64,000 nucleotides of DNA. It comes from a virus. Taxonomy: Duplodnaviria > Heunggongvirae > Uroviricota > Caudoviricetes. The notes beneath the pieces are model-generated. The model was not told the DNA's origin, made no database searches, and saw nothing but the letters and a program-made list of their open reading frames with translations. The stretch is from IMG/VR virus record IMGVR_UViG_3300020045_008999, positions 1 to 64,000 of that record. One strand, given 5' to 3'. Of this stretch, positions 18,612-28,184 are shown one piece after another; within the stretch, counting starts at the first letter, position 1, and each line of letters starts with the position of its first letter. The position numbers were made by a program, and so were the translations under genes.

Positions 18612-19955
18612 TTATTTTCCTGAACAGGATATGTTCATTTTAAACCCGGTCTTTCCAATCGGGCTGTATACTACTACTTTTACTTCTGAATATTTTTTCT
18701 GCAAATCATATTTAATGTTAACTTTACCTTCTTTATATAAAATGAAGTCACGTTGACCGGCATCATACATCGATTTTAACTCTTTTAGTCCTCCGGATAT
18801 TTCTTTTTGATGATCTTTACTTGGATTATATTTACTAGGGTTATTAAACTCCGGTTTTAATAATATTGCCATTAGTTCCTCAAATGAATTAACATGTACC
18901 GAATCTATTCCAGCAATGGCCTTAGCATTCGGTGTTTCAATAAGTACTTTTGAAAGTCCTGATACATAACTTGGTACATATACCCATTCTTTATACTGGT
19001 GCGCAGCATCTGCTACATATCCGGAATCACCGATAATTTCACCATCGCCAAGTAAGACAACTCTGTCCGCGATTGTACCGGTAGTCACATTCACCGATCC
19101 CTTTCCAGCCATTCCCTTTGTGTCGAATTCTTTTACATACCCAACATAATCACTATCAGCCCCGGCCACATTTCCTTGGTATTCGCGTTCAAAATTACAC
19201 AACGGACATTGATTAACCTCAATTTTGATATTTACATATTGATCTTTTGTGTATTTATCAGAATGAGCATCATCATTATTCCATTTTTCATTACCGACTT
19301 TGGTATCTTTTACAATAACAACACCGGCATTTATACCTAGACTATTTATGTAGTTTTGTACAAGTGCTTCGGCGGATTCCGCTCTCATTTTAGATAATGC
19401 ACCAACTTCTAAGCGATCACCCGTTACAGCGTCTTTATTTGGGACCTGTGATTCCGAAGCAGTAATGGTTATTTTAAAATTCTGCTCAGAAGATTTATTG
19501 ATATATTCATTTAATTTTGATAACTCCAGCATTAACGCAGAATCTTTTACATTGGCTATTTTATATTCACCACTTTTGAAGCTACTACCGATATTAATAA
19601 TCACTGAATTTTCAGCGGAAACTGTTTTTTTAGCAGTACTATCGATTGATACCATCTGCTGCACCTCCGTTTTTTCGCCGGGTGATAGTGTATTATATTC
19701 ATTTGCAAATGCAGGTGCGCTCATTAATGAAGTTAAAAGTGCGGCGGTCAATGCTCCTTTTTTAGCAATATTCTTTAATCTGGCAATAATTCCACCACTT
19801 ACCGCTTCGTTAATAGATTCGTTGTCGGCTTCTTCTGATGATCCCAATATGTACAGAAACGATTCCTGCTCACTTGTCGAAAGTGTTGATGATATATTTT
19901 CATAAACAAATGACCTAGTATTCATATGTTCGCGAAATCCTTTTATATGCTTCAT
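18612..19955 (-). CDS. Hypothetical 447-aa protein with an internal hydrophobic segment
   Basis: Long ORF directly downstream of the endolysin. LTAALLTSLMSAPAFA hydrophobic stretch. Confidence 0.45.
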   Translation of the reverse strand: MKHIKGFREHMNTRSFVYENISSTLSTSEQESFLYILGSSEEADNESINEAVSGGIIARLKNIAKKGALTAALLTSLMSAPAFANEYNTLSPGEKTEVQQMVSIDSTAKKTVSAENSVIINIGSSFKSGEYKIANVKDSALMLELSKLNEYINKSSEQNFKITITASESQVPNKDAVTGDRLEVGALSKMRAESAEALVQNYINSLGINAGVVIVKDTKVGNEKWNNDDAHSDKYTKDQYVNIKIEVNQCPLCNFEREYQGNVAGADSDYVGYVKEFDTKGMAGKGSVNVTTGTIADRVVLLGDGEIIGDSGYVADAAHQYKEWVYVPSYVSGLSKVLIETPNAKAIAGIDSVHVNSFEELMAILLKPEFNNPSKYNPSKDHQKEISGGLKELKSMYDAGQRDFILYKEGKVNIKYDLQKKYSEVKVVVYSPIGKTGFKMNISCSGK

Positions 19956-19992
19956 TATTATTGATATGTTTTGTTTTATTATATATTAATTT

Positions 19993-20766
19993 TTATTGCT
20001 TAGAAAAGTAATTATATGCATCAAATAACTTGGTATCATATTTATTTGCCTTATATCCGCTACCGTTATAGCCCTCAGCAAACTTAGCCCAATTCTTAGT
20101 AACCAAATATCTATCCAGGCGATTTGTTTTAACAAATGATATAAATGCCTTCAAATGATTGTATTCGGATTCTTTCATAGCTGCCACAAATTCTTCTACG
20201 GAATTATACCCACATGCTTTATAGTTATTTCCCATTATTTGGAAACGGCCATAACTAGCAGACTTTAATGCAGCACTAGTATTTATTTTACACGCCCTAT
20301 TCATTTTGCCCCATTGAATGCTTGATGTACCGTAAAAACCGGTTTTCCACTTTTGATAGAGAATATCAGCGTTTCCAAATAAATGTTTGTGTGGATCATA
20401 ACCCTTTGCTACCAATTCACGCCAGAATACATGCGGCTCAAATAATATTTTAACATCACCATTTGCCAGAAATCCATTGCCAGATGCCTCTATTTTATCA
20501 ACCGCTTTTACCGAAGCGACATCACAGCCAATTAAATCTGCTGCTTCCTGGTATTGTGCCTCGGTAATTCCGTTCTTTTGTACCACAGACATGCCTAACA
20601 TGCCCAACATCACATCATCAACGATACCGGTTTGTGGTAATTTATTTAATTTTTGAAATTCCTTAACTTTGATCTCAGTATTTTTGCCAAAATCTCCATC
20701 AATCCCCGCCCCTATTTTTTCTTGTAGTAACCTAACTTGTTCCCCACCATCACCTTTTTTTAACAT
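19993..20766 (-). CDS. Endolysin: PG_binding_1 domain + N-acetylmuramidase (DUF3380-type) domain
   Basis: N-terminal GEQVRLLQEKIG...DGDFGKNTEIKVKEFQ. C-terminal VDKIEASGNGFL...ILFEPHVF...SYGRFQIMGNNYKACGY...FAEGYNGSGYKANKYDTKL matches the phage muramidase family. Confidence 0.85.
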   Translation of the reverse strand: MLKKGDGGEQVRLLQEKIGAGIDGDFGKNTEIKVKEFQKLNKLPQTGIVDDVMLGMLGMSVVQKNGITEAQYQEAADLIGCDVASVKAVDKIEASGNGFLANGDVKILFEPHVFWRELVAKGYDPHKHLFGNADILYQKWKTGFYGTSSIQWGKMNRACKINTSAALKSASYGRFQIMGNNYKACGYNSVEEFVAAMKESEYNHLKAFISFVKTNRLDRYLVTKNWAKFAEGYNGSGYKANKYDTKLFDAYNYFSKQ

Positions 20767-20813
20767 AATAATTCTAATTATTTTAGAATATATATTAAAT
20801 TAAAAAATTGAAA

Positions 20814-20852
20814 TGTAAAAAAAACCACCTTAGAAAGATCTAAGGTGGTTGG
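20814..20852. terminator. Hairpin ccaccttagaaagatctaaggtgg with flanking A/T tracts
   Basis: Read from sequence. Lies between the tRNA cluster and the endolysin start. Confidence 0.45.
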
Positions 20853-20887
20853 GATAGAATTAGATATGTGCTACAAATCTAATATTT

Positions 20888-20921
20888 TTAAAATTGGCAA
20901 CGCTCGTGCTGCCAATTTTTA
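20888..20921. terminator. Terminator-like hairpin (ttggca...tgccaa + T-run) 3' of tRNA-Tyr
   Basis: Read from sequence. Confidence 0.35.
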
Positions 20922-20977
20922 TAATTGTATCAATTAGTAATAGCCACTACACTAAAAACCAATTATACAATTACTTG

Positions 20978-21059
20978 TGGGGAGGGCTGGATTCGAACCA
21001 ACGAAGGCAATGCCGCCAGATTTACAGTCTGGTCCTTTTGACCGCTTGGGTATCTCCCC
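20978..21059 (-). tRNA. tRNA-Tyr (anticodon GTA), long variable arm
   Basis: Reverse complement GGGGAGATACCCAAGCGGTCAAAAGGACCAGACTGTAAATCTGGCGGCATTGCCTTCGTTGGTTCGAATCCAGCCCTCCCCA folds as a cloverleaf closely parallel to bacterial tRNA-Tyr. Confidence 0.8.
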
Positions 21060-21151
21060 TACCGGATATTTATAAAATAGAAGATGCAAATAATACAAAT
21101 TATACATTTTTAAATATTCTTAATTAACCGTTTAAGGTCAATTTAATTTGT

Positions 21152-21223
21152 GGTCCCGGAGAATTTTGAAATCCCGGCCTGAAAATTATGAGTTTCCTGC
21201 TCTACCTCTGAGCTACGAGACCA
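21152..21223 (-). tRNA. tRNA-Met/Ile2 (anticodon CAT), non-canonical T-arm
   Basis: Reverse complement GGTCTCGTAGCTCAGAGGTAGAGCAGGAAACTCATAATTTTCAGGCCGGGATTTCAAAATTCTCCGGGACCA. Acceptor, D and anticodon arms are good; the T-stem has a T53-T61 mismatch. Confidence 0.55.
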
Positions 21224-21334
21224 TTATTATAGTACAAATGTACAAAATTAAAATAACACTACCAAATTTATTTTACGCATTACTATATATTATAGTATGA
21301 ATAGAAAGAAAAGTTTATTTATATATAGTTTTAT

Positions 21335-21937
21335 ATGAATTTAAAAGAACAAATATTAGAGCTTAGTGGTAATGGGATGACAAAAACTGAAATTGCTAAA
21401 ATGTTAAACTGTGCATCAAGTACAGTTAGTTACCACTGTAGCCCAGAAGTGAAGCAAAATGTAATTGATAAAAAACGAATTAGAAATAATAGTAAAGCTA
21501 ATGTCAATAATAAAAGTATTTTTGATGAAAAAAGCATTGATATAATTGTAAAACCGGTTGATTGGAAGTGCTCAGAAGCTATTTGTAATTTAAGGTTGAT
21601 AGAACTAGGATATGATACATATATCCCATTTATTGGTGGTGGTGAAATTGATTTAATTGCAACTAAAGATAATGTAGTTTATAGGATACAAATTAAATCA
21701 ATTGCTCCGAGAAATGAGGATTCTATTTGTATAGATTTATCCAGAAATTCAATCAATTATAAATCTGCCGCTAGAAAAAAATATGAAAATATTGACTTTT
21801 TCCTAATATATGACGGTACCAATATTTACAAATTCGATTTTGATATTAAAGTAATGTCAATTACTTTGCGTTATACTGTTCCTAAAAATAATCAGATTGA
21901 CAAAATTAAGATGGCTCATGATTATATTTTTATTTAA
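21335..21937 (+). CDS. HTH + PD-(D/E)XK-like nuclease domain protein (possible homing-type endonuclease next to tRNAs)
   Basis: N-terminal MTKTEIAKMLNCASSTVSYHC helix-turn-helix. GYDTYIPFIGGGEIDLIA...RIQIKS resembles a D...(D/E)xK core. Confidence 0.35.
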   Translation: MNLKEQILELSGNGMTKTEIAKMLNCASSTVSYHCSPEVKQNVIDKKRIRNNSKANVNNKSIFDEKSIDIIVKPVDWKCSEAICNLRLIELGYDTYIPFIGGGEIDLIATKDNVVYRIQIKSIAPRNEDSICIDLSRNSINYKSAARKKYENIDFFLIYDGTNIYKFDFDIKVMSITLRYTVPKNNQIDKIKMAHDYIFI

Positions 21938-22416
21938 ATTGAATTATAGTATGCTTGCAATTCAATTTCATTATCAAAATATTTAACATTTTCTGGATTA
22001 TAATTAACCATTTCTCTACCTTTAATGATTAAACCATCATATCCAATATCGGTCATTTCCTTTTCAATTGATGTATTTGATTCAAAAAATTTGACACTGT
22101 ACTCTTGGTTATTTCTCACACAATAATCATTGATCAGTTTTTGTCGCCATAATTCTGCATTATTTAACGAATCAACAATTTTAGCAGATTTCGGTATCGC
22201 ATTTACCACGAAATATATACGTCCATATTGTTTGGCCATTGATTTATTACTCAATGGGACTGTATATAACCCTTTACCAAATGACCCATGTACTTCATTA
22301 TCTTTACCAAATTCTTTAATGCCTCTTATTGTGACATTTTTTCGCTTCCAAACAGAATAATCATGATTTGATTCGTTTATAAATTCACCAATAGTACTTG
22401 CTATATGTTTTTTCAT
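21934..22416 (-). CDS. Hypothetical protein
   Basis: 160-aa ORF. First gene of a long minus-strand array. Confidence 0.4.
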   Translation of the reverse strand: MKKHIASTIGEFINESNHDYSVWKRKNVTIRGIKEFGKDNEVHGSFGKGLYTVPLSNKSMAKQYGRIYFVVNAIPKSAKIVDSLNNAELWRQKLINDYCVRNNQEYSVKFFESNTSIEKEMTDIGYDGLIIKGREMVNYNPENVKYFDNEIELQAYYNSI

Positions 22417-22467
22417 TTCTTTGATCGGTTTATCTATATATAAAAATACTCAAATCCTATGAAATTT

Positions 22468-22884
22468 TTAATAGTGTGAGTAAATATAAACAATTGAATT
22501 ATCATTATCCGATACAATGCAATGTGGTTGGTAAAATTGTTCTTTCATATCATCACCTACTTCGAAAATGTGATCTTCTGGATTAACCATATTTGGATAC
22601 TGTGATTCTTTACCATTTTTTCGGTCTTCAATTTCCTGTAATATGTCTAATTGATATTGTTTAGCAGAATGGTATTGATAACCCTCCACAAGTAAGACAC
22701 GCCATCCTGCAAGTTTTTGTCCATTGAATTCCGATTTATTGAAGTACGTATCTTCTACTCGTTCGATCATTACCGGAGCATCCTTTGGAATCTGTGGATT
22801 GTTATAAACAAATTCACATAATTCACCCATAGTTAAACTATGCCTTGGTTTGGATATTAGTTCTTCTTTAGTGATTACATTCAT
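22468..22884 (-). CDS. Hypothetical protein
   Basis: 138-aa ORF. Confidence 0.4.
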   Translation of the reverse strand: MNVITKEELISKPRHSLTMGELCEFVYNNPQIPKDAPVMIERVEDTYFNKSEFNGQKLAGWRVLLVEGYQYHSAKQYQLDILQEIEDRKNGKESQYPNMVNPEDHIFEVGDDMKEQFYQPHCIVSDNDNSIVYIYSHY

Positions 22885-23138
22885 GAGGTATATTTTTCTT
22901 TATATTTATAATAGTTTTCTAACATTGCTACACCGACCGATATCATTTGTATTAATTCAGTTTCGTAATTTGAATCAAGCTTTTCATGATCAAAACCAGC
23001 ATCACATATTTCTTTAGCCACTTCACCTAATTCTTCGGTCAATATGGTCATCCAAACGCATGGGTGTTGATCTCTGTCACCATATTTATCATTTTGCCGC
23101 TGCCGTTCTTCTAAAACTTTATTAAAAATATCTTCCAT
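22881..23138 (-). CDS. MazG-like nucleotide pyrophosphohydrolase (small)
   Basis: ILTEELGEVAKEICDAGFD matches the MazG EExxE/ELGE metal-binding helix. Confidence 0.5.
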   Translation of the reverse strand: MEDIFNKVLEERQRQNDKYGDRDQHPCVWMTILTEELGEVAKEICDAGFDHEKLDSNYETELIQMISVGVAMLENYYKYKEKYTS

Positions 23139-23193
23139 GTTATAATTTATGTACGATATGTATCATAAATTAATGAAAAAGTTTAAACTAAAA

Positions 23194-23451
23194 TTAAGAT
23201 TCAATTTCGGCAATGATTTCTCTTACCAAGTTGACATCAAAATTTAGCAGTTGTCCCTTTTCATTGTATGTTTTCATTATCTCTCGCAACACTTTCAGCA
23301 TTTTTGGAGACTTGGCAAATAATGTCGCATTTTTCAAATTAACATCGTTTGAAAATCCGGTAACTACACCTATCAACAAATTATTTTCATCAACAAGATT
23401 AAATTGATTGGATCCGTTTGCTAATTTTCTCTCTTCTAAAACTATTTCCAT
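23194..23451 (-). CDS. Hypothetical protein
   Basis: 85-aa ORF. Confidence 0.35.
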   Translation of the reverse strand: MEIVLEERKLANGSNQFNLVDENNLLIGVVTGFSNDVNLKNATLFAKSPKMLKVLREIMKTYNEKGQLLNFDVNLVREIIAEIES

Positions 23452-23460
23452 TTTATATAA

Positions 23461-24477
23461 TTATTCATCATTGTCTTCGTCATTTACATAACTATTATTA
23501 ATTTCAGTAAATGCTTCTAATATTTTTTGATGGTTTGAATACTCACCACACTGTGGTGTTAGGTGCAAAACATGTGGATATAATCTTCCGGACATTGGGT
23601 GTAAATTTCTGCGAATGTTGCTTAGCATAGCAATTCGATCACCAAATGCATCTAAATTATGTAAGTACTTATCACTGATTGTTTTGGGTTCCACCGTTAT
23701 CCCGGCTAAGAGTAATAAACTTTTAGAAATATCTAAACCGTATCCAGAATTACCAAAAACATATCCTAATATTTGTTGTTGTTCAGTTGTATTTAAAACC
23801 CGCCAGGCTTCCTGTTTATTTTTTGTTTTAAGATGTTGTAAGTTCTCAGGAATTTCAAAATGCGTTTCAATACTATATCCACAACCTTTTCCAAAATAAA
23901 AAAGAGGTTGATTACTCATTGTTAGAATACTTGTCCCATCACTATACACTTTAACCACACCATTGTCCCATTTTTCATTGAACCTACTTGGTGCATAGTT
24001 TGGAAACTCTTTACTATTTTCTAATAAAGTAAATCCAAGCGCAGTAAGCATTTCCGGTGTACCAAATGACAAACTTCCGTTGTCATGTTGATCTACAGAA
24101 ACAATCATAAAATCATACACTTTTTTATCAATCCACATAAATCTCCAGTTTTCTATTTGATTATAGGTTCCATTTTGTTTAAGTTTTTCAATAATTGGAA
24201 CAACTTCCCGTCTATCATAAGTAAACTTCCCATCTACAAGATATTCTACAAATTCGGTAATTGATATACCAAGATGAACCTCGATTAATTTAGTATTATC
24301 ATCTTCGATAATATCTTCCATCCCTCCGTAATCATTATACTTACCGAATATTGGCAGCGTAATAGCAGTATATCCACCATATTCACTTCGGTTTTCGATT
24401 AGTGGTAACAATACGCATTCCTGACCTTGTGCAATAGCTATATTACTTATTCCACAACTTACTGACCAACTTCCCAT
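23461..24477 (-). CDS. Hypothetical protein
   Basis: 338-aa ORF. Confidence 0.45.
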   Translation of the reverse strand: MGSWSVSCGISNIAIAQGQECVLLPLIENRSEYGGYTAITLPIFGKYNDYGGMEDIIEDDNTKLIEVHLGISITEFVEYLVDGKFTYDRREVVPIIEKLKQNGTYNQIENWRFMWIDKKVYDFMIVSVDQHDNGSLSFGTPEMLTALGFTLLENSKEFPNYAPSRFNEKWDNGVVKVYSDGTSILTMSNQPLFYFGKGCGYSIETHFEIPENLQHLKTKNKQEAWRVLNTTEQQQILGYVFGNSGYGLDISKSLLLLAGITVEPKTISDKYLHNLDAFGDRIAMLSNIRRNLHPMSGRLYPHVLHLTPQCGEYSNHQKILEAFTEINNSYVNDEDNDE

Positions 24478-24614
24478 ATTACTTTTATTTTTATTTGTTT
24501 TATACCGGATTATTTATACCAGTTACTGTTTATTTTCGTGTAAGAATTATCTTATATATCATCTAAAAAGGTGCAACATCATGATATATAATATAAATAT
24601 ATTTTATTATACTA

Positions 24615-24881
24615 TTATATTTCTGTCTTTGGTAATGTAACAAGTTTAATGTCATTTATTTTTTCATAAACTTTACTATACCCATTGGTAAACTTAACTA
24701 TATATGATAGTTCATGATAGGATGTACTTTGTCCGTACCAATCATTTTCTGGTGTATCCGGAGTAATTTGAATATTTTTATACAAAATATTTTCTTCGAT
24801 CTTTTCTATTATTAATACAACATCAATTAGTGTCTCCGTAGGCACACTCACTGATAAACCTATGAATATATCCAATGTCAT
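24615..24881 (-). CDS. Hypothetical protein
   Basis: 88-aa ORF. Confidence 0.35.
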   Translation of the reverse strand: MTLDIFIGLSVSVPTETLIDVVLIIEKIEENILYKNIQITPDTPENDWYGQSTSYHELSYIVKFTNGYSKVYEKINDIKLVTLPKTEI

Positions 24882-25081
24882 TGCCTAGTAATTTTAAATT
24901 GTGGGAACAAGTTGAATCGAACAACCCTATGATACGTCACTTACTCCTGTCAGTAGCTACTTGATAGGCACCATTTTTCGCTATTCTGACCGACCGTCAC
25001 TATATCGCCACTATCTGAATGATGCGCTCACGCAGAGTATGTTCCCATGTTCACTTTTTACAGAAGTGAAAAACTGGCACT
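24882..25081. other. ORF-free ~200-bp segment with locally elevated GC, upstream of the 24615-24881 minus-strand gene
   Basis: No ORF of 60 aa or more on either strand. Composition contrasts with the flanking AT-rich DNA. Contains short hairpins (cactt..aagtg). Confidence 0.3.
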
Positions 25082-25331
25082 GTGATAATTGTGATAAATA
25101 ATTTATATTCTAGTGTTTTCTTTTACTATACAAATGGGCGTAGTGAACTAACACAAAAACAAACTGACCTTTTACGTATAATCAAAATATTCCGTTATCA
25201 CCGGACGAACATAATTAGGATTACTCCATTGTTGTTATCGCATAAGCATTTCACATTAAGTCATTTTTACACCAAAAGGTGTGACTCACAATATCCTGTT
25301 ATTTCAGGATTAATATCATTATAAATAAAAC

Positions 25332-25359
25332 CATGGTAGACACCGGCCCACCATGTTTT
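25332..25359 (+). terminator. Hairpin catggt...accatg + TTTT
   Basis: Read from sequence. Confidence 0.35.
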
Positions 25360-25381
25360 ACTCAATCGGACCAATACTATC

Positions 25382-25777
25382 CTAGTTGTCTAAATCATCA
25401 AACTCTTTGCGCAATTCTTCAATAGTTTTAGATTCCATTTCGTTGTTCTCTTTTTTACCGATCAACTCTTTTAGATAAGCACGTTTAATTGCATTCTCTT
25501 TCGCTTTGGCTTTCTTATCGTTTTCCTCTAATTTTCTTTCGATAATTAGTTTAACAATTTCAAATTTAGCTTCGATAGTTTTATTAGCGTTTGTCTTTAC
25601 TTTGATAAAACTTTCTTCACCAGAATCCTTTACTTGTTTGTTTAAATCTTTCGCAATTTTATCCAATTCATCAAGCTTTAGCTCACACAAATCTTCGGTA
25701 GATAGAGTTCCGATCGCAGTTTGGTAGCGATATTTAGCAAAGAGTGCAGTTTCAAATAATTTTTCTGTTTCTGTCAT
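25382..25777 (-). CDS. Charged coiled-coil protein
   Basis: K/E-rich 131-aa ORF. Confidence 0.4.
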   Translation of the reverse strand: MTETEKLFETALFAKYRYQTAIGTLSTEDLCELKLDELDKIAKDLNKQVKDSGEESFIKVKTNANKTIEAKFEIVKLIIERKLEENDKKAKAKENAIKRAYLKELIGKKENNEMESKTIEELRKEFDDLDN

Positions 25778-25813
25778 TTTTTTTGTTTTTTAATTAAAAT
25801 TTTTATTCATATG

Positions 25814-26200
25814 TCAAATCAAATTGATTAGTTCGGTAAACCCAGTTGGGATGTCAAATTCGATAATATTGCACATATCTAAAATAGATGTATCACAATC
25901 TTTACCGATGGCCAAATTGGTATTCATAAATACATGCTTCCCAAATCCATATAAACCAATTGATGCTTCACAATTTGATTCACCCGAGGAATGTTTGGTG
26001 AGCATAATATTTGCAAAGGAACCACGTTCGCGTTTTGCGTTTTTCAAAATACTAACCGCTTCTGGTGTGATATCAATCTCATCCACCGAAATAACAACCC
26101 CGAGTTGGTTTTCGGATTTGGGGTTATTTATAAATACCCCATTTTCAATATCAGTTTCAGCTCCGATTGCCCCTTTGTAAGCAAATATAATAGTTCTCAT
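25814..26200 (-). CDS. Hypothetical protein
   Basis: 128-aa ORF. Confidence 0.4.
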   Translation of the reverse strand: MRTIIFAYKGAIGAETDIENGVFINNPKSENQLGVVISVDEIDITPEAVSILKNAKRERGSFANIMLTKHSSGESNCEASIGLYGFGKHVFMNTNLAIGKDCDTSILDMCNIIEFDIPTGFTELINLI

Positions 26201-26988
26201 TAGAAATTTATTTTCAAGGTTCGTTCGAATTTTCCAACAACTTTACAGATGATGGAATTTCTTTGAGTAGATGAAAATCCAACCCCACTCAATTGTTTCT
26301 CACTAGAATCTACTTTAAGTTTTCCACCTAAAATTTCAAATACCCGACGATTTTTATCAAGATCTTCTGAAAGAAATTCATTGAAAAAACCTCGTGGGGT
26401 TTCGTCATTATGAGTACCCTCTAACATGAAAAACAAATGTTTGTTTCCAATATTACTTTCCCAGTGATTTGGTGAATTCATGATCATGGATACTTTTTGG
26501 AATTTATTAGTACTCAATCCCCATTTTTCCTTAGATGACATACTAGTATTGGCATTTTTGTTGAATTTTACACCATCACTTTTTGAGTATGTGAAACTAA
26601 CCACACTAATCTTTTCTTTATTTTTTATGGATGTCGATTGGTTAAATGATCCAACCTCACCACGGCATTCAATTTCAATATCAAATCCGAAATCTTTAGC
26701 TTCACGTTTGTTAAAGTTATTAACCTTAACTTCATAAGTACCCTCTAACATTTTATTGTATGTGAATCGTGATGCTAAAAAAGCTCTCGGTATATTCGAG
26801 GAATTGAAAGAGGATGTCCCAGTGAATAGCAAAAGCTTATCAAAAGTAGAAGAAGTTACTATTGATAAATTCATCACCGATATTTTACCAACTGTGAAAA
26901 GCTTAGAAGTATTGGTAGAGAATAAACATCTAAATAATTTGGTAAGCTTAATTGCACCGATAAATAAAGAAGCCCCATCATTATTCAA
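26200..26988 (-). CDS. Hypothetical protein
   Basis: 262-aa ORF. Confidence 0.45.
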   Translation of the reverse strand: MNNDGASLFIGAIKLTKLFRCLFSTNTSKLFTVGKISVMNLSIVTSSTFDKLLLFTGTSSFNSSNIPRAFLASRFTYNKMLEGTYEVKVNNFNKREAKDFGFDIEIECRGEVGSFNQSTSIKNKEKISVVSFTYSKSDGVKFNKNANTSMSSKEKWGLSTNKFQKVSMIMNSPNHWESNIGNKHLFFMLEGTHNDETPRGFFNEFLSEDLDKNRRVFEILGGKLKVDSSEKQLSGVGFSSTQRNSIICKVVGKFERTLKINF

Positions 26989-26998
26989 ATGGAAAAAT

Positions 26999-27736
26999 TC
27001 ATATTCCTGGAGTTATGTAAATGCCCTGACCGATTGATGAATTTCTAATTTTAGATTGAGATTGATGAACCGTTGCCGATCTTAGCCAAGCATAATTTTC
27101 TTTATTCGCACTAAGATCAAATTCTTTTTTTGATTTTAGGAAATCCGTTAACAATCCCTTGAATTCATCACCTTTATATAATGAATTTTGGGCAATCAAT
27201 TCTAAAACTGATTCAACAGAATCAATCGTAATTTCTTCCAGTGATCTTTTGAATACTGAATAATTGGCATTGTGTTCGGATAATTTTGTATCCACACTCA
27301 CCCCTCTAGTTGTAAGTATAGCATTTGAAGATTTTATAAAAAAATGATCCCATGTGATTGATGAGGTAGGAGTTATCTCTACATTTGAATCAGTTCCCAA
27401 TGATGTAGTATCGGTAACTAGGCGGTTTTTAATTGCAGAATTTACTACAAGTGAATTTAAATCAAATGCAGTTTTCGTATATAGTTCACTACTTGGGACA
27501 AAATTCCAAATAGATACTAATTTATCATCAACTATTGTAACAATACTGGCATAGTATCTAATAAATTGACGACAACAATTACAATTATGATATTGTCTTT
27601 CATCCGGATCTTCGAAAGAATTTAAATAAGTTTCCCACAAAACTTCTTTATCCACATCAGCGGTAAACAATATTGCGGAATTTTTACTCATTTCATGAAA
27701 TGAATCTTGTATTTCTTTTTTAAATGTTTTGAACAT
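26999..27736 (-). CDS. Hypothetical protein
   Basis: 245-aa ORF. Confidence 0.45.
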   Translation of the reverse strand: MFKTFKKEIQDSFHEMSKNSAILFTADVDKEVLWETYLNSFEDPDERQYHNCNCCRQFIRYYASIVTIVDDKLVSIWNFVPSSELYTKTAFDLNSLVVNSAIKNRLVTDTTSLGTDSNVEITPTSSITWDHFFIKSSNAILTTRGVSVDTKLSEHNANYSVFKRSLEEITIDSVESVLELIAQNSLYKGDEFKGLLTDFLKSKKEFDLSANKENYAWLRSATVHQSQSKIRNSSIGQGIYITPGI

Positions 27737-27845
27737 AATTATATAAATTAGTTAATATTTTTAGGTAGATAATTTTTTACAAATATAGTATAATTATTTT
27801 AAATATATCATTTATTTTAAAATAATTAAAAATAAATGATAACGT

Positions 27846-28184
27846 TTATTTGAAGTAAATAATAGCGGGAAGTTCACCAAATACAAATTTGGTAACATCA
27901 CATAACCATAATTCTAAATTTAGTTCAATGCCATTATAATAATGCATTAAATAATATGCACCATTGTCCAATTCTGTTGCGAGTCGAATCATTCTTAGGA
28001 TATTACAATTGTCAAATGGGGTTACTGAAAATGTAACAGTGACTTCTGATTCACCTTGTGCTATTATGTCAAGCATAGTATCAGCACCGGAAACCATTTC
28101 TAACTCAGCTTTTTCACCCAACCATTCTGGTAAGAATATGTACCAGCGATTGTCGTGTTCTTTATAAAACTTTAATATGTCCAT
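27846..28184 (-). CDS. Hypothetical protein
   Basis: 112-aa ORF. Confidence 0.4.
   Translation of the reverse strand: MDILKFYKEHDNRWYIFLPEWLGEKAELEMVSGADTMLDIIAQGESEVTVTFSVTPFDNCNILRMIRLATELDNGAYYLMHYYNGIELNLELWLCDVTKFVFGELPAIIYFK

Noticed and set aside
20894-21127. 77-aa plus-strand ORF from the track
   Set aside because: It completely overlaps tRNA-Tyr on the opposite strand and two terminator hairpins, so it is almost certainly spurious.
24890-24965. tRNA-like element (ttgaatcgaacaa resembles a T-loop on the minus strand)
   Set aside because: I could not build matching acceptor or anticodon stems on either strand, so I kept it only as an unexplained GC-elevated non-coding segment.
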